Of a stretch of DNA of 64,000 bases, positions 8,406-17,168 are shown piece by piece. This DNA is from Deltaproteobacteria bacterium. GTDB lineage: Bacteria > Myxococcota_A > Polyangia > Fen-1088. The stretch is from assembly GCA_033763315.1 (NCBI GenBank), contig JANRKS010000032.1, positions 256,001 through 320,000 of the forward strand, read 5' to 3'. The notes under the pieces were generated by a model. The model searched no databases, was not told where the DNA came from, and saw only the letters and a list, made by a program, of their open reading frames with translations. The first letter of the stretch is position 1; each line of letters begins with the position of its first letter. The position numbers and the translations under genes were made by a program.

Positions 8406-10508
8406 ATGGGTATGGTTCACATTTCGCGACCGCACTGTATGTCTCTTTTGCTTATCGCCTCCGTGTGGGGATTGGGAGCATGCGATTCTGACCCGGCGGT
8501 CTGTGCCGTTGATGACGCCGGAGTCACGCTGCCTGACGCCGAACCTCCGCCCGAATCGAATGGAACGCAGACCGTTACGACGCAGGAGAAGCTGCCCAAA
8601 AGCTTCGTCCTCGACGATTCGCTTGAACTTCAGGTGCAATCAGGACGATGGACAACCACCACGCAATACGATGGGAGTTACCAGCCTGCGCAGCCCAGGG
8701 GCTCGCAAATTAACATCAGCGGCACTGTAAGCCTCAAGGCAGGGCCCTACGCCTACTCCCTCAATGGTGCCAGCATCAACATCAACAGTTTCAGTTACCC
8801 CCGCGCTGGCTATCGTGCCGACTACTTGTATGGCTACGCGCGGGTCACAATGCCGGCGCTCCACACGTTTTCGGGAATCAACAGCCCGTTGACGGCTCAG
8901 CTGGGGTTCGGTGAAGGATCCAGTTCTACGCTCAAGGCCTTGGGGATGCCGTTGGCGCCCTCGCGCCACTACTTCTATTTCACCACCACCGCTGGTCTTT
9001 CGTCGTCGTTTGGCACGGGCCCGTTTAGCGCGGACACCAGCCGCACAACCACGGTGATCGTGGACCCGAAGGATCCCGCGTTCTTTGTCGCAGGTCCCAT
9101 GGGGCCTATCTCGGCCGTCGCGTTGTCAGAAAAATCACTGATTCCTTTCAACGCGCAAACGCAGTGGGGGTTCGACACGCCCACCGATGAGTTTCCTTCG
9201 TTTAGCGGTCAAAGCTACATTGCCGGCGAAGTGTCACTGGAAGAGATCCCGATTACGGTCAGTGGCAACGTCACCACAAAATTCGTGAACTGGGATGGAC
9301 AAAGTGCGCTCGACAAAAAACTGTTCGAGCACACCCTGGGCATCAATGGTTCGTTCAACCTAGGATGGGATTTCTTGGACGGGCTGTTTCGCTTGGAGGT
9401 GCCTTTGTCGAAGGCTTCGCTTTACATGGCGTCCACCGTTCATCCCTACAAGGTGAATGCGGCTGTCAGTGGAACGGCTGGCACCGCCACGTTCATGCCT
9501 TCGTGGCTGCCTGTGCTGATGAGTGCCAACAGCAACTTCGCGGGTTACCTGGACACATCGGATGTTTCACGAAACCACATCGATGGCATGAGCGACATCA
9601 CGCTGAAGGCGTCGACCCTCGGCAAGGTCATCGGCATCGATATGAAGGACATCACGATGCAAAACGGCACGTACCACGTCGACAAGATGGGGTTCCGATA
9701 CAACGGCGAAGGCGTTGTTTCGGTGATCCCGTTCATCGAATCCACCAGCTACCGCGTTACGGCGTGTTTTGGCGGTGATACCAAGGCGTGTTTATCCGAC
9801 GATCAAACAGGTACGCCCGTTATGGGGTCCAAGGATTGGCTGTTGCGGCTGGAGGGGGATGCGTCTGTGTTCAACGTGCCTCTTTTGAACGCCACCACCA
9901 TGGCGAGCCCGCAAGGGATTTCGGTTGCAGCCACGTTCAAGACGCAGGGTCAGCGCGTGGCCATCACGGGGGCGCTGACCCCCGGACCGACGCCTGCGTC
10001 ACCGCACGTTGCTTTGACGGGGACCGCATCGTTTAGCCTTCCCCTCATCGGAATCAATGAGATTTTGGCAACCGCCGTGGCCGATGGCAGTTGCGGCTAT
10101 GACAAGATCACCGACGCCGCCAAATGCGGTTACAACCTTCTGAGTCAGGTGGGTGACATTTGCGGCGCCCCCCACTGCTCTTGGTCGTGGAAGCATGGCC
10201 TCAGGTGTAAGGCGATTTCTTGCCAAGTGAAGGTGGCGAAGACGTGCAACGGCTTAGCGAAAAAATGCCCCCCACCAAACGATGACCTCGGCAGGATCGA
10301 CGGCTCCGTTGCGCTCACAATCAACGAGCAAGGGATGTCTGGAAAAATGACGGGGCGGTTCTGCCCCGTGGGCAATGGCTCGTGCTCGTCGTTGTCAGAA
10401 GTTGGGACTTTGGATTTTTCGCAGATATCGAATCCAAAGATCTGCATCAACAGCAACGAGATCTCGTCAACGCTTCCTATTGGAAAGAAGTTCTGTGTGT
10501 CCTTCTAA
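8406..10508 (+). CDS. Hypothetical lipoprotein, beta-rich, with Cys-rich C-terminus
   Basis: 700-aa ORF; lipobox LGAC; Ser/Thr/Gly-rich beta-type body; 12 Cys in the last ~140 aa. Confidence 0.8.
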   Translation: MGMVHISRPHCMSLLLIASVWGLGACDSDPAVCAVDDAGVTLPDAEPPPESNGTQTVTTQEKLPKSFVLDDSLELQVQSGRWTTTTQYDGSYQPAQPRGSQINISGTVSLKAGPYAYSLNGASININSFSYPRAGYRADYLYGYARVTMPALHTFSGINSPLTAQLGFGEGSSSTLKALGMPLAPSRHYFYFTTTAGLSSSFGTGPFSADTSRTTTVIVDPKDPAFFVAGPMGPISAVALSEKSLIPFNAQTQWGFDTPTDEFPSFSGQSYIAGEVSLEEIPITVSGNVTTKFVNWDGQSALDKKLFEHTLGINGSFNLGWDFLDGLFRLEVPLSKASLYMASTVHPYKVNAAVSGTAGTATFMPSWLPVLMSANSNFAGYLDTSDVSRNHIDGMSDITLKASTLGKVIGIDMKDITMQNGTYHVDKMGFRYNGEGVVSVIPFIESTSYRVTACFGGDTKACLSDDQTGTPVMGSKDWLLRLEGDASVFNVPLLNATTMASPQGISVAATFKTQGQRVAITGALTPGPTPASPHVALTGTASFSLPLIGINEILATAVADGSCGYDKITDAAKCGYNLLSQVGDICGAPHCSWSWKHGLRCKAISCQVKVAKTCNGLAKKCPPPNDDLGRIDGSVALTINEQGMSGKMTGRFCPVGNGSCSSLSEVGTLDFSQISNPKICINSNEISSTLPIGKKFCVSF

Positions 10509-12669
10509 GAAATATGCAGCACGCTTTGCCGTCTTCGGATGGGTGGCGGTTGGGTTAATGGCGTGCACCGCCTCCGAGCCCACGCCGAACGCCCACATCG
10601 CGATTGTTATAGGGAGCCCTGGCACCAAGTCTGCGGCCTTGCGGCCCGTGTATGATTGGGCGATTGCCGCTGTCAATGATCGAGGCGGCGCGGGCCGCCG
10701 CAAGCTTGAGGCGAAATACTTCGACCTCACGGATCCAGTTGTCGCATCGCCCTCGGCACAGGAGGCGTTGGCCGCACAGATATTGGCGGACCCAGATTTG
10801 GTCGCCGTTGCGGGCCTCTTCTCGTTCGCCATGGCGCCCAAGTTTGTGGCGGCGCGTGTTCCCTATATATCTCCCGAAACGGGCGACGATGACGTGTTTC
10901 GAGCGTTTTCGGCGGGCGGGTATGTCTGGCGTACGCTTGAGTCAGACAGCACGCAGCTGTGGTTCATGCTTGCCGAAGCCAAAGGCCGCGGTGAGAAAAG
11001 TATGCAACCTACAACCAGCGTGGGGCTGCTGACGAGCACCGATCCCTACGGGGACACGTTCTTCGACTGGTACGGGTTTCATGCCACGGAACTTGGTCTG
11101 AAGGCTTTGCCTCCCGTGCAATACGATCAAAGCACGGGAACATGTGAACCAGCCGTAGATCGATTGTTATCGCAAGGCACACCGGATTTTCTCATCGCTG
11201 TGCCTAGTGGCCCCGATCCGGTGTTTCAGGCCACGTGCATTGTCCGCACTATGAAGGCGCTGGCGCCGACAACGAAGGTTTTGTTGGCCAATTCCGCACA
11301 CGTTCCCTCGCTTATCACGTCCCTTGGAGCCGACGCCGAAGGCTTGTCAGGCTTCAGCGCGGCGCCGGATCCCAACGCGGGATTTGCCGAAGCCTTCACA
11401 AAGTTCACAAAGCTTGACCAGGCGCCCGAGTATGCCGCCAACACGTTGGACGCGATCGCCTTGCTTGCCTACGGCCTTGAGAAGTCGCGTGGCAGGGGGG
11501 GCAAGGATTTGGATCTGGCGATGCGATCTGTGGTCAGCGGCCAAGGCGAGAAAACCACGTGGCAGGCGTTCGACCAAACCTTGGCGTTGATTCGCGACGG
11601 GCAGAGCCCGGACGTCTCCGGCGCTTCGGGGCCGCTCTCCTTCGACAAAGACGTTTATACCGATCCAACCTCGTCCTTCTACGATCGTTGGGAGGTGCAA
11701 GGCGGCGCTTTCAAGATCACGCATCACGTGACCACCGCCACCGAAGCGAGTCCGAATGTGTCGTCGCAGTCCGCTGTGGCGCGCGGGCTCAAGGCGATGA
11801 ATGTGCAGGCGATGGTGGGCTCTGGGGGCACGGCCAACCTGCCACCGGTTGCCAACAACTGGGCGTTGGTGATTGCCACATCGGCCACCTGGAAGAACTA
11901 CCGCCATCAAGCCGACGCTTTGGCACACTACCAGGCGCTTCGGGCCAATGGATTTGACGATGACCACGTTGTTCTGATCACTGTGGATGATTTGGCCGAC
12001 GCGCCTGAGAACATCCGCAAAGGACAGGTCATCAACGAGCCAGGCGGCGCCAATGTGCGCGGGGGCGCCGCGAATGATTATGTGGGAACGTCGCTTACGC
12101 CCAGCCAACTTATGACGGTGCTCGAAGGTGGAACCGATCCGGCTTTGCCGGTGGTCTTGCACAGCCAAGCCAATGACAACATTTATGTCTTTATCGTCGG
12201 CCACGGTGGCTTCGAGGGACCGTACCTGGGCATGGATGTGCGCGCGGCAGAGACGATTGATGAGGATAACTATCTTTCTCCCGAGCTGTTTGCCTCAACC
12301 GTGGCGCGCATGAAACAAAACCACCGCTTTCGTCGCATGCTGATTGCCGTGGACGCATGCCATTCAGGCGTGTTGGCGCCGGCCTTTGAGGCGATGGCGA
12401 TCCCTGACGTCGTTGTGTTTGCGGCCGCGAGCGACGCGGAGAGCTCGTTCTCAGCCAATTACGTCAGCGAGCTTGGGGTGTGGAGCGCTGACCAGTTTTC
12501 CTTCAACATGCTTAAGCAAGTGCGTAGCCCCAATGTTTCCATTCGTGAACTCTACACGCGGCTATACGAAGGCGTGGCGGGCTCTCACGTGCAGGTGGCC
12601 AACCAACAAAACTTCGGCGCCACCACGCAGATCATGCTGAGTGAGTTTGTGAAGCCCAACGCGCTCTAG
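10495..12669 (+). CDS. Lipoprotein fusion: type I periplasmic solute-binding domain (LivJ-like) + peptidase C13 (legumain/GPI8-like)
   Basis: GTG 10495 gives a signal ending LMAC. N-half: AIAAVNDRGG.G.RKL, YAANTLDAIALLAYG, GASGPLSFD. C-half: NWALVIA, NYRHQAD, NIYVFIVGHGG, DACHSG (His/Cys dyad). Confidence 0.88.
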   Translation: MCPSKKYAARFAVFGWVAVGLMACTASEPTPNAHIAIVIGSPGTKSAALRPVYDWAIAAVNDRGGAGRRKLEAKYFDLTDPVVASPSAQEALAAQILADPDLVAVAGLFSFAMAPKFVAARVPYISPETGDDDVFRAFSAGGYVWRTLESDSTQLWFMLAEAKGRGEKSMQPTTSVGLLTSTDPYGDTFFDWYGFHATELGLKALPPVQYDQSTGTCEPAVDRLLSQGTPDFLIAVPSGPDPVFQATCIVRTMKALAPTTKVLLANSAHVPSLITSLGADAEGLSGFSAAPDPNAGFAEAFTKFTKLDQAPEYAANTLDAIALLAYGLEKSRGRGGKDLDLAMRSVVSGQGEKTTWQAFDQTLALIRDGQSPDVSGASGPLSFDKDVYTDPTSSFYDRWEVQGGAFKITHHVTTATEASPNVSSQSAVARGLKAMNVQAMVGSGGTANLPPVANNWALVIATSATWKNYRHQADALAHYQALRANGFDDDHVVLITVDDLADAPENIRKGQVINEPGGANVRGGAANDYVGTSLTPSQLMTVLEGGTDPALPVVLHSQANDNIYVFIVGHGGFEGPYLGMDVRAAETIDEDNYLSPELFASTVARMKQNHRFRRMLIAVDACHSGVLAPAFEAMAIPDVVVFAAASDAESSFSANYVSELGVWSADQFSFNMLKQVRSPNVSIRELYTRLYEGVAGSHVQVANQQNFGATTQIMLSEFVKPNAL

Positions 12670-12799
12670 ACGGAACGGTCTGCCTGACGGCAAATGCTGA
12701 AAGATCCTCGGTGCCCGAGCGCACGGTTGCGGCTCAAATTGTCGATGCAAGCGTCGCCACCAATTGTTCCGCCATGGTCCAGCCGCCAGCGGCATCACG

Positions 12800-14095
12800 C
12801 TAAGGGCACGCCTTGATCGACTGGATCCATTCGTCGATGAGCTGCGTACCCAACGGATCGGGAACGGCGGTGCCGATCTGCGGCATGCGAACATTGCTGA
12901 CCTTGCTGTGCATGCGCACCGAGATCATCGAATGGGTTAATTCCCCGAACTGACCAACAGTGCTGTCTCCAGGCGTGAGCAGTTTGATGTTCTGGTACCC
13001 ATAATCGTTCTTGCTGGGAACCACATTGCAGATGCCCATCATCTTGAATGGCGTGTCGTAACGGAAATCTAGGGAAACCGCGTCCATGTTGGTGCGCGGG
13101 TCGATGGTTCCGCCTGGCTGGTGGCAATGTGAACAATTGGCGTGCAGATAAGAGCGTGCTCGCTGTTCGAGTGTGGCCCCCACTGTGTACACGGGCGTGG
13201 GCAAAGCTGGCAGCTTGGCGAGGTCGCCCGGAGCGGTCTCGAACACACCGATGTGGTCCAGCGTCTTTAGCTGGTTGGCACGTTTGCCCATGGGGTAATC
13301 GAACAGCCCATTGAACTGAAGCGTGTCTGGACCAAGCGATCGCCCAGCGGCTTCGGTATGGCAGGTGGCGCAGTTCGTGCGACTGGGGAACGTCCACTCG
13401 TTGTCGCCAAGAAAGCGTGAATCTGAGCCTTCGCCCAAGAGCTCGGCGTCTTTGCCAGCGTCATCCCACTTATAGGTATAGGCCCCCCACATGCCATCGC
13501 TGTGGCGGATCAGGAAGCGCGTTTCCAACATGACGCCATCGAGCGCGAACGACTTCAACAGAACTGTGCCGTTGGGAAAGTCGAAGTCGCCGTTGGTGGT
13601 GAAGCGAACCTTCTTGCCCTCGGGCAAAGCCATCCAACGATGCTTTTCTGCATTGTCGGACCACAGTGGGGACGCCACGCCATAAGGGATCAACCCGGGC
13701 GCGGGCTTGCGTGGGTCGGTTGCGTCAAAGCAGCCTGTGGCGCTGAGCTTTTTGGGGAAAGGATCGTTTGCCGCACCGGTGGGCCGGCCGGGATCCTTGC
13801 AGGTGGTGTTGGCGGGGCGGGTGTCTAGACCGAAATCAGCATTCGCAGGCAAAGGGGCACTGCCGGCCATGCCGCCGCCGCTGGCGCCACCGCTACCCCC
13901 TTGGTTCTTGCCGCCTGAACCGCCACTTGCGGGATCGCCGCCCTTGCCGCCCGCGGCAGGTTCCCCACCTTGGCCGGCCTCGCCACCGCCGTTGCCTCCT
14001 TGGGCGTCATCCGAGCCGCCGGATGACGAGCACGCCGTCACCACACTTACGCAGCCATAAAACAACGAACAGCGTAAAAACTTGCGGAACATCAC
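12800..14095 (-). CDS. Diheme c-type cytochrome lipoprotein (SO2930/HNE_0200-like)
   Basis: Lipobox VTAC; LSATGCF, LIPY..ASPLWSDNAEKHRW, FPNGTVLLKSF; two CxxCH motifs (CATCH, CSHCH); C-terminal RMPQIG...IDEWI. Confidence 0.85.
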   Translation of the reverse strand: MMFRKFLRCSLFYGCVSVVTACSSSGGSDDAQGGNGGGEAGQGGEPAAGGKGGDPASGGSGGKNQGGSGGASGGGMAGSAPLPANADFGLDTRPANTTCKDPGRPTGAANDPFPKKLSATGCFDATDPRKPAPGLIPYGVASPLWSDNAEKHRWMALPEGKKVRFTTNGDFDFPNGTVLLKSFALDGVMLETRFLIRHSDGMWGAYTYKWDDAGKDAELLGEGSDSRFLGDNEWTFPSRTNCATCHTEAAGRSLGPDTLQFNGLFDYPMGKRANQLKTLDHIGVFETAPGDLAKLPALPTPVYTVGATLEQRARSYLHANCSHCHQPGGTIDPRTNMDAVSLDFRYDTPFKMMGICNVVPSKNDYGYQNIKLLTPGDSTVGQFGELTHSMISVRMHSKVSNVRMPQIGTAVPDPLGTQLIDEWIQSIKACP

Positions 14096-14111
14096 AGCAA
14101 GATTAGCACAG

Positions 14112-14126
14112 GCGTTTTGTGTGCCA
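14112..14126 (-). promoter_or_regulatory. Possible sigma54-type -24/-12 element upstream of the diheme gene
   Basis: Minus strand TGGCACACAAAACGC: GG and GC are 10 nt apart, but the consensus TT before GC is missing and the site is very close to the start codon. Confidence 0.2.
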
Positions 14127-14137
14127 TCATTGCATGC

Positions 14138-15271
14138 GTGTTCACGCGTAGACGCCTGTTAAAAATAGGGACCGCGGCCTCCTTAGGCATAGCTGCGGGG
14201 GCCGCCCGCGCCGCCGCTTCGCACGGTGTTTGGGATCCGTCGCGCGCGCGTGTCTGGCAACAACAGCAAGGCTGGTTGGTGGGGTGCAATTACATCCCCA
14301 GCAACGCTGTGAACCAGCTGGAGATGTGGCAGGCGGAGACGTTTAATCTGGCCACCATCAAGCGAGAGGTCGGCTGGGCCGCGAACCTCGGCTTCACCAG
14401 TGTGCGCGTGTTTTTGCATGATCTCCTGTGGGCACAAGATGCCCACGGTTTTACCGACCGGGTTGATGCGTTCCTTGACGTCTTGCACGCGCACAAGATG
14501 GGCGCGTTGCTGGTGTTGTTCGACAGCGTGTGGCACCCCCAGCCACATCTCGGCCCGCAGCCGCCGCCTAAGCCGTTCGTACACAACCCCGGTTGGGTGC
14601 AAAGCCCAGGCGCCGCGCTGTTGCAAGCGCCACGCGCACAACAACGAGTGCTGCTTCAGTATGTCAAAGGCATCGTTTCGCACTTCCGCAACGACAAGCG
14701 TGTGCATGGCTGGGACGTCTGGAATGAGCCTGACAACACGAACAGCGGCAGTTATGGCGAGCTTGAACCCAAAGATAAAGCGGGGCTTGTTTATCCCTTG
14801 TTGCAAGAGGTTTTCCTCTCAGCCCGCGCCGCGAAGCCAACCCAACCGCTGACAAGTGGCGTGTGGGATGGCAACTGGAAATCCGCGGGCACCTTGCAGC
14901 CGCTTGAGACGTTGATGGTGAAGAACTCAGACGTCATAAGCTTTCACTCCTACGGCAAGCCACAAGCGTTGGAGCAAAAGATCAATGAACTGCGCGCGTG
15001 GAAACGTCCCCTTCTGTGCACAGAATTTATGGCTCGCCCCGAAGGCAGCACATTCGAGCCGTGCTTGGAAATCCTCAAGCGCAACAACGTCGGCGCGTAT
15101 TGCTGGGGATTTGTGTCAGGAAAAACGCAAACGATTTATCCGTGGGACTCATGGAAGCGCCCGTATCGCGAGCTTCCAAAGCAATGGTTCCACGACGTTT
15201 TGAATGCTGATGGCACACCTTATGATCCGGCCGAGGTGACGTACATCAAGCGTGTGACGGCAAAGGGCTAA
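14138..15271 (+). CDS. Tat-exported clan GH-A glycoside hydrolase (GH5-like)
   Basis: TRRRLL twin-arginine signal; GCNYIPSNAVNQLEMWQ; WDVWNEP (acid/base Glu); CTEFMAR (nucleophile); GKTQTIYPW. Confidence 0.88.
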   Translation: MFTRRRLLKIGTAASLGIAAGAARAAASHGVWDPSRARVWQQQQGWLVGCNYIPSNAVNQLEMWQAETFNLATIKREVGWAANLGFTSVRVFLHDLLWAQDAHGFTDRVDAFLDVLHAHKMGALLVLFDSVWHPQPHLGPQPPPKPFVHNPGWVQSPGAALLQAPRAQQRVLLQYVKGIVSHFRNDKRVHGWDVWNEPDNTNSGSYGELEPKDKAGLVYPLLQEVFLSARAAKPTQPLTSGVWDGNWKSAGTLQPLETLMVKNSDVISFHSYGKPQALEQKINELRAWKRPLLCTEFMARPEGSTFEPCLEILKRNNVGAYCWGFVSGKTQTIYPWDSWKRPYRELPKQWFHDVLNADGTPYDPAEVTYIKRVTAKG

Positions 15272-15274
15272 GCC

Positions 15275-17113
15275 CTACTTCGATAGCTCAGCCAAGAAGG
15301 CTTCGCCGTATTCCGCGAGTTTTTTCGGACCTACGCCTGGCAGCGCCAGAAATTCAGATTCTGAGCGCGGGCACAGCGTGGCCATCGCGCGCAGTGTGGC
15401 GTCGGAAAACACGATGTATGCAGGCAGCTTGCGTTCGTCTGCCAGTTGTTTGCGCAAGGCTTTAAGGCGCGTAAACAGATCGGCGTCCCACGTTTCTGCG
15501 TCCAGATCCATGCGCCGTGCGCCGATTGCGTCTTCGAATCGCGACAGCACTGGCGTCCGCTTCTTCGTGGGCTTCGGCAGGTTGTGCAGCAGATCCCAGC
15601 GCGCGCAGATGTCGCATGAGCTGCCGCAGCTTGAAAGCGATTCGCCTAGGTATTGCACCACCGATTGGTGGCGGCACACGCGACGATCCGCCATGTCGAA
15701 CATCTCACGGGTCTGCGCGCGGTTGCGGGCAGCGGCGTCGGCTGGGCCATCATCGATGAAGCGATCATAACTCATCACATCGGCCCACGAATAAAACAGC
15801 ACGCAATCGGATTGCAAACCATCGCGGCCCGCGCGGCCGATCTCTTGGTAATAGCTTTCCACCGAGCGCGGCATATCGCGGTGAATGACGTAGCGAATGT
15901 TTGATTTGTTGATGCCCATGCCAAACGCGATCGTGGCCACCACCACGTCGTAATCGTCGCGCAAAAACGCGTCTTGCACGCGGTCGCGTTCCACCGGATC
16001 CAACCCCGCGTGATAGGCCGACGCGCGCACGCCGGCTTCCTGCAAGAAAGCCGCGATGCTTTCCACCGACTTGCGCGTGATGCAATAAACGATGCCGCTT
16101 TCACCTTGGCGGCTGCGGATGATGTTCAAGATCGAGTCGCGCGTTTTGCTTGCCCCTTCGCCTTTTTTGTAAGCGTGCAGGTGCAGGTTCGGGCGAAAGA
16201 AGCTGCCGCGAAAGCTGACAGGATCTTCCATGCCCAACTGTTCAACGATGTCGCGCCCAACCTCGGGCGTGGCCGTGGCGGTGAGAGCCAACACCGGCAA
16301 CCCGCCGAATCGTCGTTTCAGCCCCGCAAGATTGCGATACGCAGGGCGAAAATCGTGGCCCCATTGACTGATGCAGTGGGCTTCATCCACGGCCACAAGG
16401 CGAATGCGCGCTTTGGCCAACGCGCGGCCCACGGACGCTTCAATGCCCTCAGGTGCCGCGTATACAAGTTCGTAAGCGCCGGCGGCCAAACCTTCTTCGC
16501 GTTTGCGGCGCTCTTCGGATGGCAAGCTGCTGTTTAAGTACGTGGCGCGCAAACCGTTCTCGTTTACGCCATCCACTTGATCCTTCATCAACGCAATCAG
16601 CGGCGACACCACCAACGTGGTGCCTCCCAAGACGCGCGCGGGAATTTGATATGTCAGTGATTTGCCGGCACCCGTGGGCATGATGCCGATGCAATCGCGC
16701 CCCGCGAGCACGGCGGAAATGATCTCCTTTTGGCCCGGCCGGAAGGCGTCGTAGCCGAACGCTTCTTTGAGCACCTTCAACGCGGAATCAATGGACACGG
16801 GCGCGGCGTGGGCGGCTTTGACGGCTTTGGCCAGCTTGGCCAAGCGGGGCAACGTTGTGTCGGCAAACGCGTGGGGCTGTTCTTTCCACAAGAGGCGAAG
16901 CTCGGCCAACCCAGCTTCAACTTCGGCGCGGCGCACGGGGCTGCCGGGGCCTTGTGACCACAGGGCCTCAAGGGCACTGACTTGGGCGGCAACGTTTTCG
17001 GCGGATGGGGCTTGCACAGAAGGTGTTTCGGTCGCTGGTTCCGGATGTTGCGATAAAAGTGGCCCGATTGCGACCTGGCTGTTGACCACTCGGCCGCAGC
17101 GCGTGAATTGCAT
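15275..17113 (-). CDS. recQ: ATP-dependent DNA helicase RecQ (start uncertain)
   Basis: FGYDAFRPGQ, MPTGAGKSL, DEAHCISQWGHDFRP, ATIAFGMG, YYQEIGRAGRDG, Zn site CRH...C..CDIC, C-terminal HRDC. Confidence 0.95.
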   Translation of the reverse strand: MQFTRCGRVVNSQVAIGPLLSQHPEPATETPSVQAPSAENVAAQVSALEALWSQGPGSPVRRAEVEAGLAELRLLWKEQPHAFADTTLPRLAKLAKAVKAAHAAPVSIDSALKVLKEAFGYDAFRPGQKEIISAVLAGRDCIGIMPTGAGKSLTYQIPARVLGGTTLVVSPLIALMKDQVDGVNENGLRATYLNSSLPSEERRKREEGLAAGAYELVYAAPEGIEASVGRALAKARIRLVAVDEAHCISQWGHDFRPAYRNLAGLKRRFGGLPVLALTATATPEVGRDIVEQLGMEDPVSFRGSFFRPNLHLHAYKKGEGASKTRDSILNIIRSRQGESGIVYCITRKSVESIAAFLQEAGVRASAYHAGLDPVERDRVQDAFLRDDYDVVVATIAFGMGINKSNIRYVIHRDMPRSVESYYQEIGRAGRDGLQSDCVLFYSWADVMSYDRFIDDGPADAAARNRAQTREMFDMADRRVCRHQSVVQYLGESLSSCGSSCDICARWDLLHNLPKPTKKRTPVLSRFEDAIGARRMDLDAETWDADLFTRLKALRKQLADERKLPAYIVFSDATLRAMATLCPRSESEFLALPGVGPKKLAEYGEAFLAELSK

Positions 17114-17168
17114 TTGTGGGGGCGGTGTGTGGCTTGCTCCGCTGGCCAGGCGCGGTTACCGTGGCGTT

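Noticed and set aside
6288-12669. Classical RiPP cluster (PAD tailoring enzyme plus Asn-endopeptidase cyclase)
   Set aside because: No short precursor peptide, RRE or dedicated exporter is evident, and the enzymes look lipid-anchored. Kept only as the broader cassette hypothesis.
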